A DNA stretch of 64,000 nt from Octopus vulgaris (GCA_951406725.2 OX597814.1:141236001-141300000), one strand, 5' to 3'; positions 27,391 to 40,861 are shown, numbered from the stretch's first letter. Notes: generated by a model from the letters alone, not told the origin. Program-made: numbers and translations.

Positions 27391-28938
27391 TCCGCCCAAA
27401 GTTGCTGGCTTACCCCTTCCACTCAAAGTTGCTGGCTTTGTTTTAAAGTTTGAAACAAATGTTGTATTAAGGCAGCGAGCTGGCAGAATCGTTAGCGTGC
27501 CGGACAAAATGCTTAACAGCATTTCATACGACTTTAGATTCTGAGTTCAAATTCAATTGAGATCGACCTCGCTTTTATCCTTCATGGTTCGATAAAAGAA
27601 ATACCAGTTGAACACTAGGGTCGGTGTACCACTTAATGTAGTTTCCATTTTCCCTTTCTCAAGCTAGATTGATACAGATACGGATGTCCAAAATAAACAC
27701 AAAGCCACAAAAACTTGCAGTGGAATGTTACCGATTATATCTGCGTTAGTATTTAATTGTTTCCTTAAGTAAATACGGTAGGACGAAACAGTAACAATTT
27801 GGATCTCGCTGAAAGAGGAACTGTTGAAAATGTTGGCTGCTATTTCCAGTGAATCCAGTGGTCATATAAAGCATCGTTTGTCTTTTCGTTACCGTTTTTA
27901 ATGAACAAGTATTGTAATGTCCAACACGATAACTTAGCATAAAGAAGACAACATTATATCTTATATTAAATCAGGAGTTACACTGATCTCTCCCTCTATC
28001 CGGTTTTCTTAACAGCAAATATAAATACATTCCAGTAGGGCGATTCGTTAAACTAATGTCAATAAAAATAATTGTGTAGAAGTAGAGGAGTAACTAATAT
28101 AACGTGGTTCACGAAACAACAATGAACATAATTATAACTGTTAACTACAGTTTCTATGGAATTATATACACAGACACTACCATTGTTGACCTCACAATAA
28201 TTATAGACGTCGAAGTGAGTGGCTCAATAGTTCAGGTTAGCCCGCCAATTCTTAAAACTGGGTGTCAAGTGCTCGAGTTCCTACCGAAGCTCGTTTCTTT
28301 TTCTGGAATATTTCTGTTCTTTTTTTCGTTTGAGATAGACTGATACAAACATTGCTTTAAAAAATATACACAAAGTTACAGATTTCTTGGATGTCTAAAA
28401 TGGATTATTTTGACCTTAGAATTGTCGATGATTTTTGATTTTAGTGAAACCTGAAGGATAGGAAATCAGAAAAGAGCTAGGTGGTTTATAAATCCAGACC
28501 TGTACGTAAATATGTTGAAGACCTTGTTTATGAACACAGAACTGTATATCAATATTTTGAAGACCTTGTTTTAACGATTTGACGAAACCACAGACTTTGT
28601 ATGTTGGTGAGTTAGCTGAGTTCTCATGTAATGATATCATTGAAATATTTTTACGCAATAATTGAAAGCATAATAATGCTTTCTGTTATTGACACAAGGC
28701 CTGAAATTGCGGGGTAGGGGGACAGTCGATTACATCGACTCCGGTACATAACCGGTACTTATTTCATCGACCCCAAAATGATGGATGGCAAAGTTGACCT
28801 CGGCGGAATCTGAAGTTAGAACGTAGGGACTGATGAAATGACGCTAAGCATTTCGCCCGGCGTGTTAAAGATTCTTCCATCTTGCCACCTTAATTGAAGA
28901 CAAAATAAAAATGATTATTGAAGCAGCGTCTGCAACGA

Positions 28939-29012
28939 GGCTCTGTAGCTCAGTTGGTTAGAGCGCCAGTCTAGTAAACTGGAGGTCGAGTGTTCGAATC
29001 CCTCCGGAGCCT
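28939..29012 (+). tRNA. tRNA-Thr(AGT)
   Basis: Full cloverleaf, U6:G67 wobble, U52:C62. Confidence 0.85.
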
Positions 29013-29656
29013 GAGTAAGCTACTTCCATTTTTATTTTGTTTCATAATGCATATGATATTGGTGTATATATTGGTTCCTGAAATTCATACAGAGCCACAA
29101 ACGTTTGGGGTTGGTGTATTCGGTTTACCCCTCCCGACCAAAATTGCCGACCTTGTTCCAAAATTCGGGACCAATGTTGTATTAAGGCAGCAAGCTGCCA
29201 GAATCGTTACTGCGCCGGACAAAATGCTTAGCTACATTTCGCCCGGCATTAGGTTCCAGGTTCAAATTCCGCCTATGTTGATTTTACCTTTCATCCTTAC
29301 TGGGTTCATAAAATAAGTAGCATTTGATAACTTGGGTCGATGCAATTGCTGGCCTTGTTCCCAATTTTGAAATCAATATTGTAGATTGTACAACTTATCA
29401 TATAGAAGTCATTATATCTTATGTTGGCCCAGGAGTTGTTGCACTGATATATTTCTCTCCTGTAGTCTCCACATAAATGAACACACTTTATAGTGAAACT
29501 GTTAGCTAAACAAATATTAATAAGAATACTGGAATAAATATGTAACAGAGGACCACCATAACAACAATGAACGTCATTATAATTTCTGTGTAGTTTCAAT
29601 ATAGGTTTAAGTTATAACCATCGAAGTCATAATAATTTAAAGGTGCGAACCGGCGT

Positions 29657-29730
29657 GGCTCTGTAGCTGAGATGTTCGGAGTACTAATCTAGTAAGCCGG
29701 AGTTCGAGTTTTCGATTCCTCCTGAAGCCT
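29657..29730 (+). pseudogene. Decayed tRNA-Thr copy
   Basis: GGCTCTGTAGCTGAG...CTAGTAA...TTCGATTCCTCCTGAAGCCT; stems broken. Confidence 0.75.
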
Positions 29731-30054
29731 AAGTAGTGTGGTTTCTCTTTTGCTCAAGCGAGATTGATACGTATATTGATTTCTAAAATGAACACAATGC
29801 CATAAAGACTTGTAGTGGAATATAATCAATTATAACCATCTTAGTATATCACTGATTCTTTTAGTAAATCCAGAGGGATAAAAGCTGTAAGAATTTTGTT
29901 GGAAGAGGAATTAATGAGATAATGGCTGCTATTTCCAGCAAATCCAGCGTCACGTAAAATTTCGTTCGTCATTTTGTTGCTGTTGTTAATGTTGAACAAT
30001 GTATTGTAACGTTTAGTATGGTACTCATCATAAAGAAGACGACATTGTATCTTA

Positions 30055-30270
30055 CGAGGGAGTGCAGAAACGTTCCCGGCTTGGGTACAAGAAAACAGAG
30101 GAGGATCAGTTAATTATGATCCTATTCAACAATTTTCTGTCTCAGATTCACACATTCATTGCAGCAGTCCTTCTGGTTTTCTAACCCTTGAAAAGAACTT
30201 GGAAGTTTGGGCCTCCAACAAGGCCTTCCACGAAACCTTTAAATCCCAGGAGGATTTCAGCACGCCGTCG
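30055..30270. mobile_element. Tc1/mariner-type MITE
   Basis: TA-CGAGGGAGTGCAGAAACGTTCC...GGAGGATTTCAGCACGCCGTCG-TA degenerate TIRs with TA on both sides; paralogous partial copy at ~24160-24270. Confidence 0.65.
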
Positions 30271-30999
30271 TATATGAAATCGACGTCTTTCTCTCTTCTG
30301 TAATCTTCACTGTAAATAATATGACGCCGTAGAATGAGCGTTTATTAAGCTAATAATAGTAATGATACTGGGGCAAAATCAGAGGAGCAAATAATCCTTT
30401 CTACTAAAGACACAATACTTGAAATTTGGTGGGAGGGGACTCGTCGATTACATAGTTCACAGTGTTTCACTGGGACTTAATTTATCGACTCCAAAAGGAT
30501 GAAAGGCGTAGTCGACCTCTGTGAAATTTGAACTGAGAACGTAGCCACGGACGAAATACCACTAAACATTTCGGTCAGCGTGCTGTTCATTAATTTCATT
30601 TTTCTCTGCAAGGGAGATGATATTGGTGTACATAATGGTTCCTGAAATGCATACAAAACCACAAAGTAATTGAGGTTGATATCGTCAGGTTCTGACGTCA
30701 GTTGTTGTAATGGAAACCTGCTCATGAAGGATTTCACATTACATATATAGGTCAACTTGAACAAAAAAATGAGTCTAGATGGCAAAATTCTCCTTTTACG
30801 GACGATCGCATTTTACTGAAGATCACTTGTTTGGAACGAATGAAGAAACAGATACAAGGTTCTCTCACTGATTCCTGTCTCTTACGAATCTCTTTTACGG
30901 CGTAAGAGTAAAAGAATATGTACCAAGCATCACACTTCAGGAAAGAATTGTAATTGATTATATAGGCACAATTTCTTCGTCAGAATATATTTGTGTGTG

Positions 31000-31385
31000 A
31001 AGGCGTCGAGCTGGTAGAAACCTTAACACGCAGGGCGAAATGCTTAGCGGTATTTCGTCTGCCGTTACGTTCTGAGTTCAAAATCCGCCGGAATCGACTT
31101 TGCCTTTCATCCTTTCAGGATCGATAAATTAAGTACCAGTTGCGCACTGGGGTCGATATAATCGACGTAATCCCTTTGCCTGTCATTGTTTGTCCCCTCT
31201 GTGTTTAGTAAAGAAATAGGTATTTCGTCTGTCTTTATACGTTCTGAGTTCAAATTCCGCCGAGGTCTACGTTGCCGTCCATCCGTTCGGAGGTCGAAGA
31301 TTAAGTACCAGTTACGTACTGGGGTTGACCTAATCGACTGGCTCTTCTCCCAACATTTCGGGCCTTGTGCCTACAGTTGAAAAGG
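31000..31385 (+). mobile_element. Nin-domain SINE dimer (A tail then B tail)
   Basis: Head, A unit, junction AAAGAAATAGGTATTTCG, B unit. Same architecture at 39725-40035. Confidence 0.8.
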
Positions 31386-32266
31386 AAAGTATATTTGTGT
31401 GACACCGTGTAACATATCTGACGTCCAGTAGATAGATAAACCTGAGCTCCACAGAAGTTGAACTCAATGTGTAAATGTCCTTAACTTACCACAAGGCATT
31501 AACTTCAATATTCCATTGATTATTCAATAAATTTCTCGAGATATAAATAAATATGCGACAAGTGTCAAGTTTCTAATGACCGCTTGACGAGTTACAAATA
31601 TAACCCAACTCTCTAATGTTTTAGGAAGGAGATACACATTAGGGGATGTTGTATCGAATTTACTGGGTAAACTAAATATAAAAGTGTCACGGCTTGAATG
31701 CCATTATAGTTCTGTTTGAATAGAGCTAATTAAGGACTGAATAGCAATATATTGATATTCATGTTTAAAGGGAAATTGAGATCCTCGATTCTTGTTTCTA
31801 GCAGGACCAGTAGTCATGTAAAGCTTCCTTCGGCGTTTCATTACAATAATTCAACTTCATAGAGCGTCATCATAATAAAATAGAGGTCAGTGTTTTTGAA
31901 TATCTCTTGAGCCTAACATTCTTTGGAATTTTTCTCTTTGCCTAAGAAAGATTTCTAAAGTGCAAACGATGTCACAAATGTTTGAAAGAGTTTATTATCG
32001 ATTATATCAACCTTAGAATTTCAGTTACTTTATTTTAGTGAATCCGGAGGTACGATCCCCACCCGCCAAAAAAAAAAAAAAAAAATCTGGGCGGGACATG
32101 TACTCATAGCTACATCTAAATATATAGAAAGCCTCCTTCTAGCTAATCGACGAAACATTATTAGCAATATAAAGTTGATCAATCACCGGATTGAGTTTCT
32201 ACATAATAATTTATTGTTTGCATATAAATTGAAGACATAGTAATATTTTTAAAGGCTGATGCAAGT

Positions 32267-32340
32267 GGCTCCGTAGCTCAGATGGTTAGAGCGCCAGTCT
32301 AGTAAACTGGAGGTCGAGTGTTCGAATCCCTCTGGAGCCT
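32267..32340 (+). tRNA. tRNA-Thr(AGT)
   Basis: Full cloverleaf, G7:U66, U52:C62, T6 run downstream. Confidence 0.88.
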
Positions 32341-35091
32341 AATTTATTTTTCGTTTGATCGTTTCTTTATTAAAAAAGAAAAAAAGAATTCTAAAATGAG
32401 CGCAAAGTCACAAAAAATTTATGTTCGTATACTATTGAGTATATTGATTTTAGAATTGCGTTGTTTATTTTAGTGAATCCGGAGAAATGAAAACCAAAGT
32501 GGATCTCGACGAGGTATGAACTTAGAGCTACATCTGAATATCTCGATAGCTTGGTTCTCGCGATTCTCCGAGGACACAGTCCTTATTAAACTTTATTAGT
32601 GGATGAATCACTCCATTCTGTTTCAACATCATGATTTATTGTAAATATTTAACGTTACAATTATAGACTTCAAAATAATAATTGAAGCCATACGTGTGTA
32701 ATGGTGATATAGCTCACTCAGAACGCCAGTCTAGTCAAGTGGAGAGCGTGTATTCAATTCCCTCGACAACGATCTTTTTGTTTTCAAGGTCAACTCTTTT
32801 TATTCTAAAATAGATAACATTGGTATAAATAGTGATGATTAAAATCCTTGCACAGCCACGAAAATGCTTATTGTCGATTAAAATACGTACAAAAGCAACG
32901 AATCAATAAAGCAATCTCAATATTTTCGCATGTTCCGCTAGAAACAGCGTCCAAGTTTGTGTAACATCGTACTTAAACAAGGACAAAAATCAAATACTGT
33001 ATTCTTGAAAAGACGCATGAGTGGACATGGCTAGTTTACATTTGGTGGTGGAACTTTCGATTCCTAGACCGGGCATTGCGCTGTATTCTTGAGCAGAGCG
33101 CTTCATTTCTCGTCGCTCTGCGATCACTTCGTCATCTGACATGTGGTACATGGTGCAACTGTACAGGTAATGTCGATTTGATGGAGGGAGTGAGCTTATG
33201 TGTACACAAACATTTGATGACTATAAACAAATCCTCTGTGTAGTTGTTCGGCAAGAAATTGCCGAACCCTCATACGTCGTCTTATGTTTGTGTTTATTTC
33301 CCATCATCGCTCGACAACCTGAGTTGCTTTGTTTACGTCCACGTAATTTCGCGATTCGGGAAAAAAGAAACCGATGAAATGAATGCCATGCTTAGAAAAC
33401 TAAGTACTGAGGCAAATTCGTAGATTCGTTCGACTAAAACCCTTCAAGAAGGTGCCCCATGTCCAATTACTGCAGCATGTAAAATGTAAAAGACAATTGT
33501 TACGCAAAAAAATGAAAAAGATGACCATTCAGGATTGATTCACTTATAAAAGTTAAGAACTGTGGTTTCACAGAATTGTTAGAGTGAGGTCATTAAAATA
33601 TTTAGATATTGGTTTGGGTTCATATCTCACCTGGGTGTATTTTGGTCTTCATTTCTCTCGATTCACTAAAATAAAGAACCAGTGAAATACTAAGGGCGAT
33701 ATAAGCAATTATATGCCACCGCAAACATTTGTGGCCTTGTGTACATCAGAATTAATAACTTATGATATTTAGTTAAATCCTTTTACATTCTGAATCCAAT
33801 TCTCAAAGAAATCAACAATGTCTTTCATATATTTGGTATTGATAAAATATATACAAATCAAACACTATTTTCTGTCCCAAAATTGTAAGTCCTTTGTCAG
33901 TCAAGATAAAATAATTTTAGGTATACTATTTATGTTAGTCGGATTGGCACCCTCATCTTGATCGTTGCTCTCACTTGGTTTTGATTGTTGTACGCTCCAG
34001 CTTTCCTCAGATGTTTTGTATTCAATTGGAGCATACAACAGCTGAAATGTATTGGAAGTAATAATCAAGATGAGGACATCAGTTCGACAAATATAAACAG
34101 TGTACATAATATAAATTCCTTCTCTCACAAATATAGAATTGTAAAATAATTTATATTTATATTTCTCGCTTTGGTATCTAAAAAAATAGAACCTTTGCAG
34201 AATCATCTAATTTGATCAGACAATTATGACACATTTCTGACTCATAATCATTTTATGGTTGCCAACAGCAAAATTAAATTTTCTGAAAAGTACGGTTTAA
34301 AATCTACTGACAGCACCCCATACCCATCTCTAAAATAGTCAAGCATTCCCAGATATGTGGCCCCAATGAGGGTAGGAGAAATGAGTGCAAATTATGTTTG
34401 TGATGTTTTGAGAAAGAACGAGATTCCATTTGATAACGCGGTAACGAACGTAGTGGTTTTTAATAAATAAGAAATAACTCTTCTTAACAACTAGCAAAAT
34501 TGTCTCCAACTGTCTCCTGCACCACTTCATCTATTTTGCACATTATAAACACTTTGCTTTTATACTTTTACTTGCTATCGGCCTCTTTTGTTGAACTGGT
34601 AAGTTACGGGGACGTAAATGCAGCAAAACTAGTTGTCAAGCGGTGATAGAGGGACAAACACAGACACAAAGACACACACACACACACATAGATATATGGA
34701 TATACGACAGGCTTCTTTCAGTTTCAGTCTACCACTCACTTTAGTTGGCCCAACGCTATAGCTGAAGACAGTTGCCCATAGTACCATGCATTGGAACTGA
34801 ACTCAGAACCATGTGGTTGGGAAGCAAGTTTCTCGCCACAGAGCCACACCTATTTTGAGGTTACTGAGATAGATTTGGGCTGCTATTTCTAATGGGTCTA
34901 GCAGTCACGTAGTTGAAAATATAAGAAGTCAATTTGAATGCAGAATATAAAAGACAGATTGGTATAATTGATTAATATTACTATAAATAATAATTATTTG
35001 AACTCGGATACCTATCAGAAATGACATATAAGTACCAAAGTTTGGATAACAAAAAAAGAAACCCCAAAGAAACCCGAGATGCAGTATTACT

Positions 35092-35165
35092 AGGCTCCGG
35101 AGAGATTCGAACACTCGACCTCCAGTTTACTAGACTGGCGCTCTAACCAACTGAGCTACGGAGCC
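35092..35165 (-). tRNA. tRNA-Thr(AGT)
   Basis: Reverse-complement cloverleaf identical to the 37210 copy; U52:U62. Confidence 0.9.
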
Positions 35166-36026
35166 ATACATAAAATCTTAAATTATTCTTATGATGTTAT
35201 CAACTACAATGTAAAAATTTAACTACAATAATGAATAGTGATATTCAAACTGTATCAATTTTGTGTGACGTTTATCGTTGTTGCACTTTCTCCAGTATTC
35301 TTGCTGATACTAGTTTAACAAAGACTCATGCTACGGTGTCTGTGTTACTGTTGAGATTAAAGGTAAGACATGAAAAAATACCTGGTTTAATATAAGATAT
35401 GTCTTATCCATGATAAATGAGAGGTTGAGTGTTTGAGTCCTTCTGGAGCTTAGTTTTTCAAGAATCTTTTTTCCTACTAAGATATACAAAATTGGTACGA
35501 ATATTTATTTCTAAATTACATAACTACAAGCATTTGACATGATGTATTGTCGATTATATCGACCATAGAATTTTCTTTGGAAATGAGCTTCCAGTAACAA
35601 CTACTCTGCGTCAACCAGCACTAATTTTTTTTTATTGGTCACTGTTAGAGAAACAAAAACATAGTGCATCAGTTGTTGCTATGGAAATCTACACAGCAGG
35701 AAAAATTGAGAGAAAGATTTCACTTCACGTATATCAGTCAACAGGTAAAAGATACGGGGATAATTTTGGAAATACTGCCTGCTGCTATATAGATGATCGA
35801 GTTTACTTTATTACTCTTTTACTCTCTCTTTTACGTGTTTCAGTCATTTGACTGCGGCCATGCTGGAGCACCGCCTTTAGTCGAGCAAATCGACCCTGAG
35901 ACTTATTCTTTGTAAGCCCAGTACTTATTCTATCCGTCACTTTTGCCGAACCGCTAAGTGACGGGGCCGTACACGTACCAGCATCGGTTGTCAAGCAATG
36001 CTAGGGGGACAAACACAGACACACAA

Positions 36027-36094
<68 letters not shown>

Positions 36095-37209
36095 GACAGG
36101 CGTCTTTCAGTTTCCGTCTACCAAATCCACTCACAAGGCATTGGTCGGCCCGAGGCTATAGCAGAAGACACTTGCCCAAGATGCCATGCAGTGGGACTGA
36201 ACCCGGAACATTGTGGTTGGTATAGCAAGCTACTTACCACACAGCCACTCCTGCGCCTGTATTGCTAGTTTATTTCATTGAGTTTGGAAAGGGGTTAAAT
36301 TTTTACTACGACACAATGAACAAAATGTAAATAATTCATAGTCCTCGTTCTTACGATTCCATAAAAATGTATCCCTTATCAACTTCGTAGCTGAATCATC
36401 CACTTATTATGATTTGAGAAAATTTGATTTTATTATCCATTTTATAGATCTTGTTCCTCCTTGTTATCAATAAATCCACTTCCCTTATTGTCCATTTATG
36501 ATTGCATAGTTTTTGACATAGTCCTCTATTGACCATGGCTTTAATCGAATCTGATCTAGAAGACACACGATCAAAAGTAAACCAGTCTTGAACTCACTGT
36601 GGTATTCCCCAAGTTGTATATACGACTACAATATCTAATTTGTTCTTCTTTGTTTCAGACAATAGGATTTGATTTAAGACCAATTCGGATGCTGTTTCTA
36701 CCATATCAAGATGACATGTAGTGGATCCATCATCATTTCAGTGGCTTTGTAGGTACTGATGTTGTTGATGTTGACAGTGATGTGATATCTTACATATTCA
36801 CCATTAAGAGAATATTACATCTTTTCCTAAGAACATGTTTTTCCTCCCACATCACTCTCGTTCTTTTAGTTGATGATACTAATGTTGTTTAGTATTAAGT
36901 TAACACTGATTAAACAGATCTTTGATCAAAGATGTTCCATCTGGGACCGTCTCATCCTTTGTAAGTTCTGGATAACGTTTAATAATATTCGATTCGGAGA
37001 CGGCCGTTAAAATTACCTAAAATTTGTAAACTTTAAAGTTATTAACTTTTTATTTAATAATTCATAACAAAAATGAATTCTATTTTCATGATTAGCATAC
37101 AAAACTAAATCGGTACACCAAATTTGAAAACAATAGGAACAAAATTTAAAAAGAAAGAAAACTGTGATAATACCAGAAAAGATACTAATTTAGAAACAGT
37201 AAAGCATGT

Positions 37210-37283
37210 GGCTCCGTAGCTCAGTTGGTTAGAGCGCCAGTCTAGTAAACTGGAGGTCGAGTGTTCGAATCTCTCCGGAGCCT
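37210..37283 (+). tRNA. tRNA-Thr(AGT)
   Basis: GGCTCCGTAGCTCAGTTGGTTAGAGCGCCAGTCTAGTAAACTGGAGGTCGAGTGTTCGAATCTCTCCGGAGCCT; T5 run downstream. Confidence 0.9.
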
Positions 37284-37921
37284 AGTAATACGTGTTCTTC
37301 TTTTTGCTTTTCCAGCTTTGGTACAATTATATTATTTCTGATAGGTATACATTTCAAAATAATTCATCTTTGCAGTAATATCAGTAATTGTCTTTTATGT
37401 TCTGTTAGATTTTTCTTATATTTTCGACTGCCTGATTACTGAACCTGCCAGAAACAGCAACCAAATGTATCTCAGTAATCTCAATATAGTGATAGAGGCA
37501 ATGTACTGGTTGTTAAAATAGTTATTTCTCATTAAGTATCACTATGATCATTACCTCGTCATCAAATGGAATCTCGTACGTTACGAAAATATGAAAAGCC
37601 TAATGTATCACCATTTCTCCTACCCTCGTTGGGGTCACACATTAGAGAATATTTGACGATTTTAGAGATGGGTGTGAGGTGCCATCATCAGATTTTAAAC
37701 CCTTCTTTTCGGAAATCTTAATTTTGTTGCTGGCAACCATGAAGCAATTATGAGTCAGAAATATAACAACCTTTATGTACTTTCTAATTGTCTGATTAAA
37801 TTGATGCTGCGATGGTTCTATTACAAAAAATATACAAAAAAGAAATATTTTACAATTCTATATTTGTGAAATTAGGAATTTATATTAGGTATACTAGGTA
37901 TATCTAGGTATATTAGGTATA

Positions 37922-38068
37922 TTAGTCGGACTGATGTCCTCATCTTGATTGTTGCTTTCACTAGGTTTCGGCTGATGTATGCTCCAGTTGAATACAAACC
38001 ACTGGAGCATACAACAACCGAAACGAAGTGAGAGCAATGGTCTAGATAAGGACACCGGTCCGACTAAC
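37922..38068. repeat. ~145-bp imperfect palindrome of two hammerhead-bearing repeat halves
   Basis: Arms TTAGTCGGAC...GTTTCGGCTGATGTATGCTCCAG and CTGGAGCATACAACAACCGAAAC...GTCCGACTAA; paralog at ~33933-34090. Confidence 0.7.
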
Positions 38069-38682
38069 ATTCTTTTATTCTTTTACTTGTTTCAGTCGTT
38101 TGGCTGCTGCCATGCTGGAGCAGCGGCTGTAGTCGAACAAATCGATTTATTCTTTGTAAGCCTAGTACTTATTCTATCAACCTCTTTTGCCGAACCGCTT
38201 AGTTACGGGGACGTAAATACACCAACATTGGTTATCAAGCGATGATGGTGGTGGTGTGGGAACAAGCACACACACACACACACAAATATATATATATATA
38301 TACGACGGGATTCTTTCAGTTTCCGTCTACCAGATCCACTCACAAGGCTTTGGTCGGCTCGAGGCTATTGTAGAAGACACTTGCCCAATGTGCCACGTAG
38401 TGGGATTGAACCCGGAACCATATGATTGGGAAGCAAGCTTCTTACCACACAGCCACTTCTGTGCCTGTATATAAACAATATACCCCAAAATTTTTTTGTC
38501 TCGACTGACAAAAGACCGCCAATTTTGGGGACAGAAAATAGCATTTGATTTGCATATATTTTATCATTACGAAATGTATGAAAGACAGAAAGTAAAGGAA
38601 CTTACTGTTCTATATTTTAGAGATGAGGAATTCTATACATTATTATTATTTATCCAAGGCACTGCCTGGAATAAATAATAAC

Positions 38683-38734
<52 letters not shown>

Positions 38735-38799
38735 TTGATAAAAACAGCAAAAAATACCTCAGGAATGAACCCAGGGTTGGGTTCAAAATTCTACCAGGA

Positions 38800-38841
38800 C
38801 ACTTGATGATGGCGGGAGAGTAAATCGGCCGAAACGTTGTG
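38800..38841 (+). ncRNA. Degenerate hammerhead ribozyme motif
   Basis: CAC-TTGATGA-TGGCGGGAGAGTAAATCGGCC-GAAA-CG-TT-GTG inside a short repeat that follows (TAA)n. Confidence 0.45.
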
Positions 38842-40420
38842 GTAACAATAAACAACATGAGAACACATATCCGTCCAATGTAAATAATGTAAAGGAACTT
38901 GTACTAGTACTAATTTTTAGAAGCCTTACAAAGCTTGAAGTTCATGTGTTGTCGAGTACAATACAAACGGCAATACAAGCAACGAATCGATGTAGCAACC
39001 TCTATATACTCTTTTACTCTTTTACTCTTTTACTTGTTTCAGTCATTTGACTGCGGCTATGATGGAGCACCACATATACGTATGCTTTCGTGCTTGAAAC
39101 AGCACCTGTCTTACTTGTTCCTTTCTCCTTTGCAGTTGATAATAATGATGAGGATGATGTTTATCATTAACGCAAATTCAGTAGAGCTATCTTCAATGAA
39201 GGGCGTTGCCCTTTGTCCACCCCATATATTTGTATGTGATGGATTACATTCAATATCTCCCATCTTTTTATGACGGTATATTTCGATGTTATTTCTTGTT
39301 GGTCGTTGTTCCAACCATGACCATCCTCTCGTTTTTTTATTTTTGCGTATATGCAGGGAATCCGACATTACATTTTCAAGTGTATCATTTCCACGACTGA
39401 AGGACTGTAATTTGAAACAGACTCCTATAACAATCAGGCTGAGCAACCACACTACATACGAGCTCTATCACTGAGTCATGTTAACAGGACGAAGGAAAGA
39501 GATTGAAGTTTTCCCCACTGAATCTCTTGTAATCTCTACAGCAATTAAGCAGACATTATAGTGGCAGTGATAATTGGAGTTAATTATAATAAATCAAAAA
39601 ATGTATGTTGATCTTTTCCTTAACATGTCCACCATGAAGAATTTTTCAATCTTGAGATTATCTCCCTTCCTCAAGTTGCACAGGTTTTAATTACCATTTG
39701 GTATTTATGATATAGCTTCTAGAGGAAGGCGGTTAGCATGCTGGGCGAAATACTTAGCGGTATTTCGTCTGCCGCTACATTCTGAGTTCAAATTCCGCCG
39801 AGGTCGACTTTGCCTTTCATCCTTTCGGGGTCGATAAAATAAGTACCAGTTGCGCACTGGGGTCGATATAATCGACTTAATCCGTTTGTCTGTCCTTGTT
39901 TGTCCTCTCTGAGTTTAGCTCCTTGTTGGTAGTAAAGAAATAGGTATTTTGCCCGTCGCTCCGTTCTGAGTTCAAATTCCGCCGAGGTCGACTTTGCCTT
40001 TCATCCTTTCGGGCCTTGTGCCTAGAGTAGAAAAGGATATAGCCTCTAGAGGGGAAGATAATTGTAATAAATCAAGTATTTATGATATTTGATATACCTG
40101 CATTTCTCTACATTGATCAATAAGAATACTTGGGTAAAAAAACAAAACAAAACAAGCTATCACTATAGCAACAATGGCGGACTTTATAATTGTTAGCTAA
40201 AGTTTTAACGTCCTTATTCACTATCATGCTACATAATAATTATCCACCTCTTAATAACTTAACTGCACTGCAGGATGTCCGTTCGTAGCCTTAACTGTTT
40301 AGATTGCCAGTTATGTAAACTGGAGATTAAGCTGTCGAAACGGTCTGGATCTCTCTCTGACTACATTTTATTTTAATAAGAGAGATATCTTTATTTGAGA
40401 GGATGGTATTGTAGATTAGA

Positions 40421-40653
40421 AAGGCGGGCGAGCTGGCAGAAACGTTAGCACGCCGGGCGAAATGCGTAGCCGTATTTCGTCTGCCGTTAGGTTCTGAGTT
40501 CAAATTCCGCCGAGGTCGACTTTGCCTTTCATCCTTTCGGGGTCGATAAATTAAGTACCAGTTAAGCACTGGGTCGATATAATCGACTTAATCCGTTTGT
40601 CTGCCCTTGTTTGTCCTTTCTGTGTTTAGACCCTTGTGGGTAGTAAAGAAATA
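40421..40653 (+). mobile_element. Young full-length Nin-domain SINE with 16-bp TSD
   Basis: GGTATTGTAGATTAGA on both sides. Confidence 0.9.
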
Positions 40654-40737
40654 GGTATTGTAGATTAGACCGGACTATTACTGGACTAAATACGTTACTT
40701 TAGTTACAGACATCGGATGAATGAAGACCAATTTTTA

Positions 40738-40795
<58 letters not shown>

Positions 40796-40861
40796 CTTCT
40801 ATGTATAATTTTCTCTCACGGGCTATTCTTTACTGGAAAGCAATACTCTCGTATTGCATTA

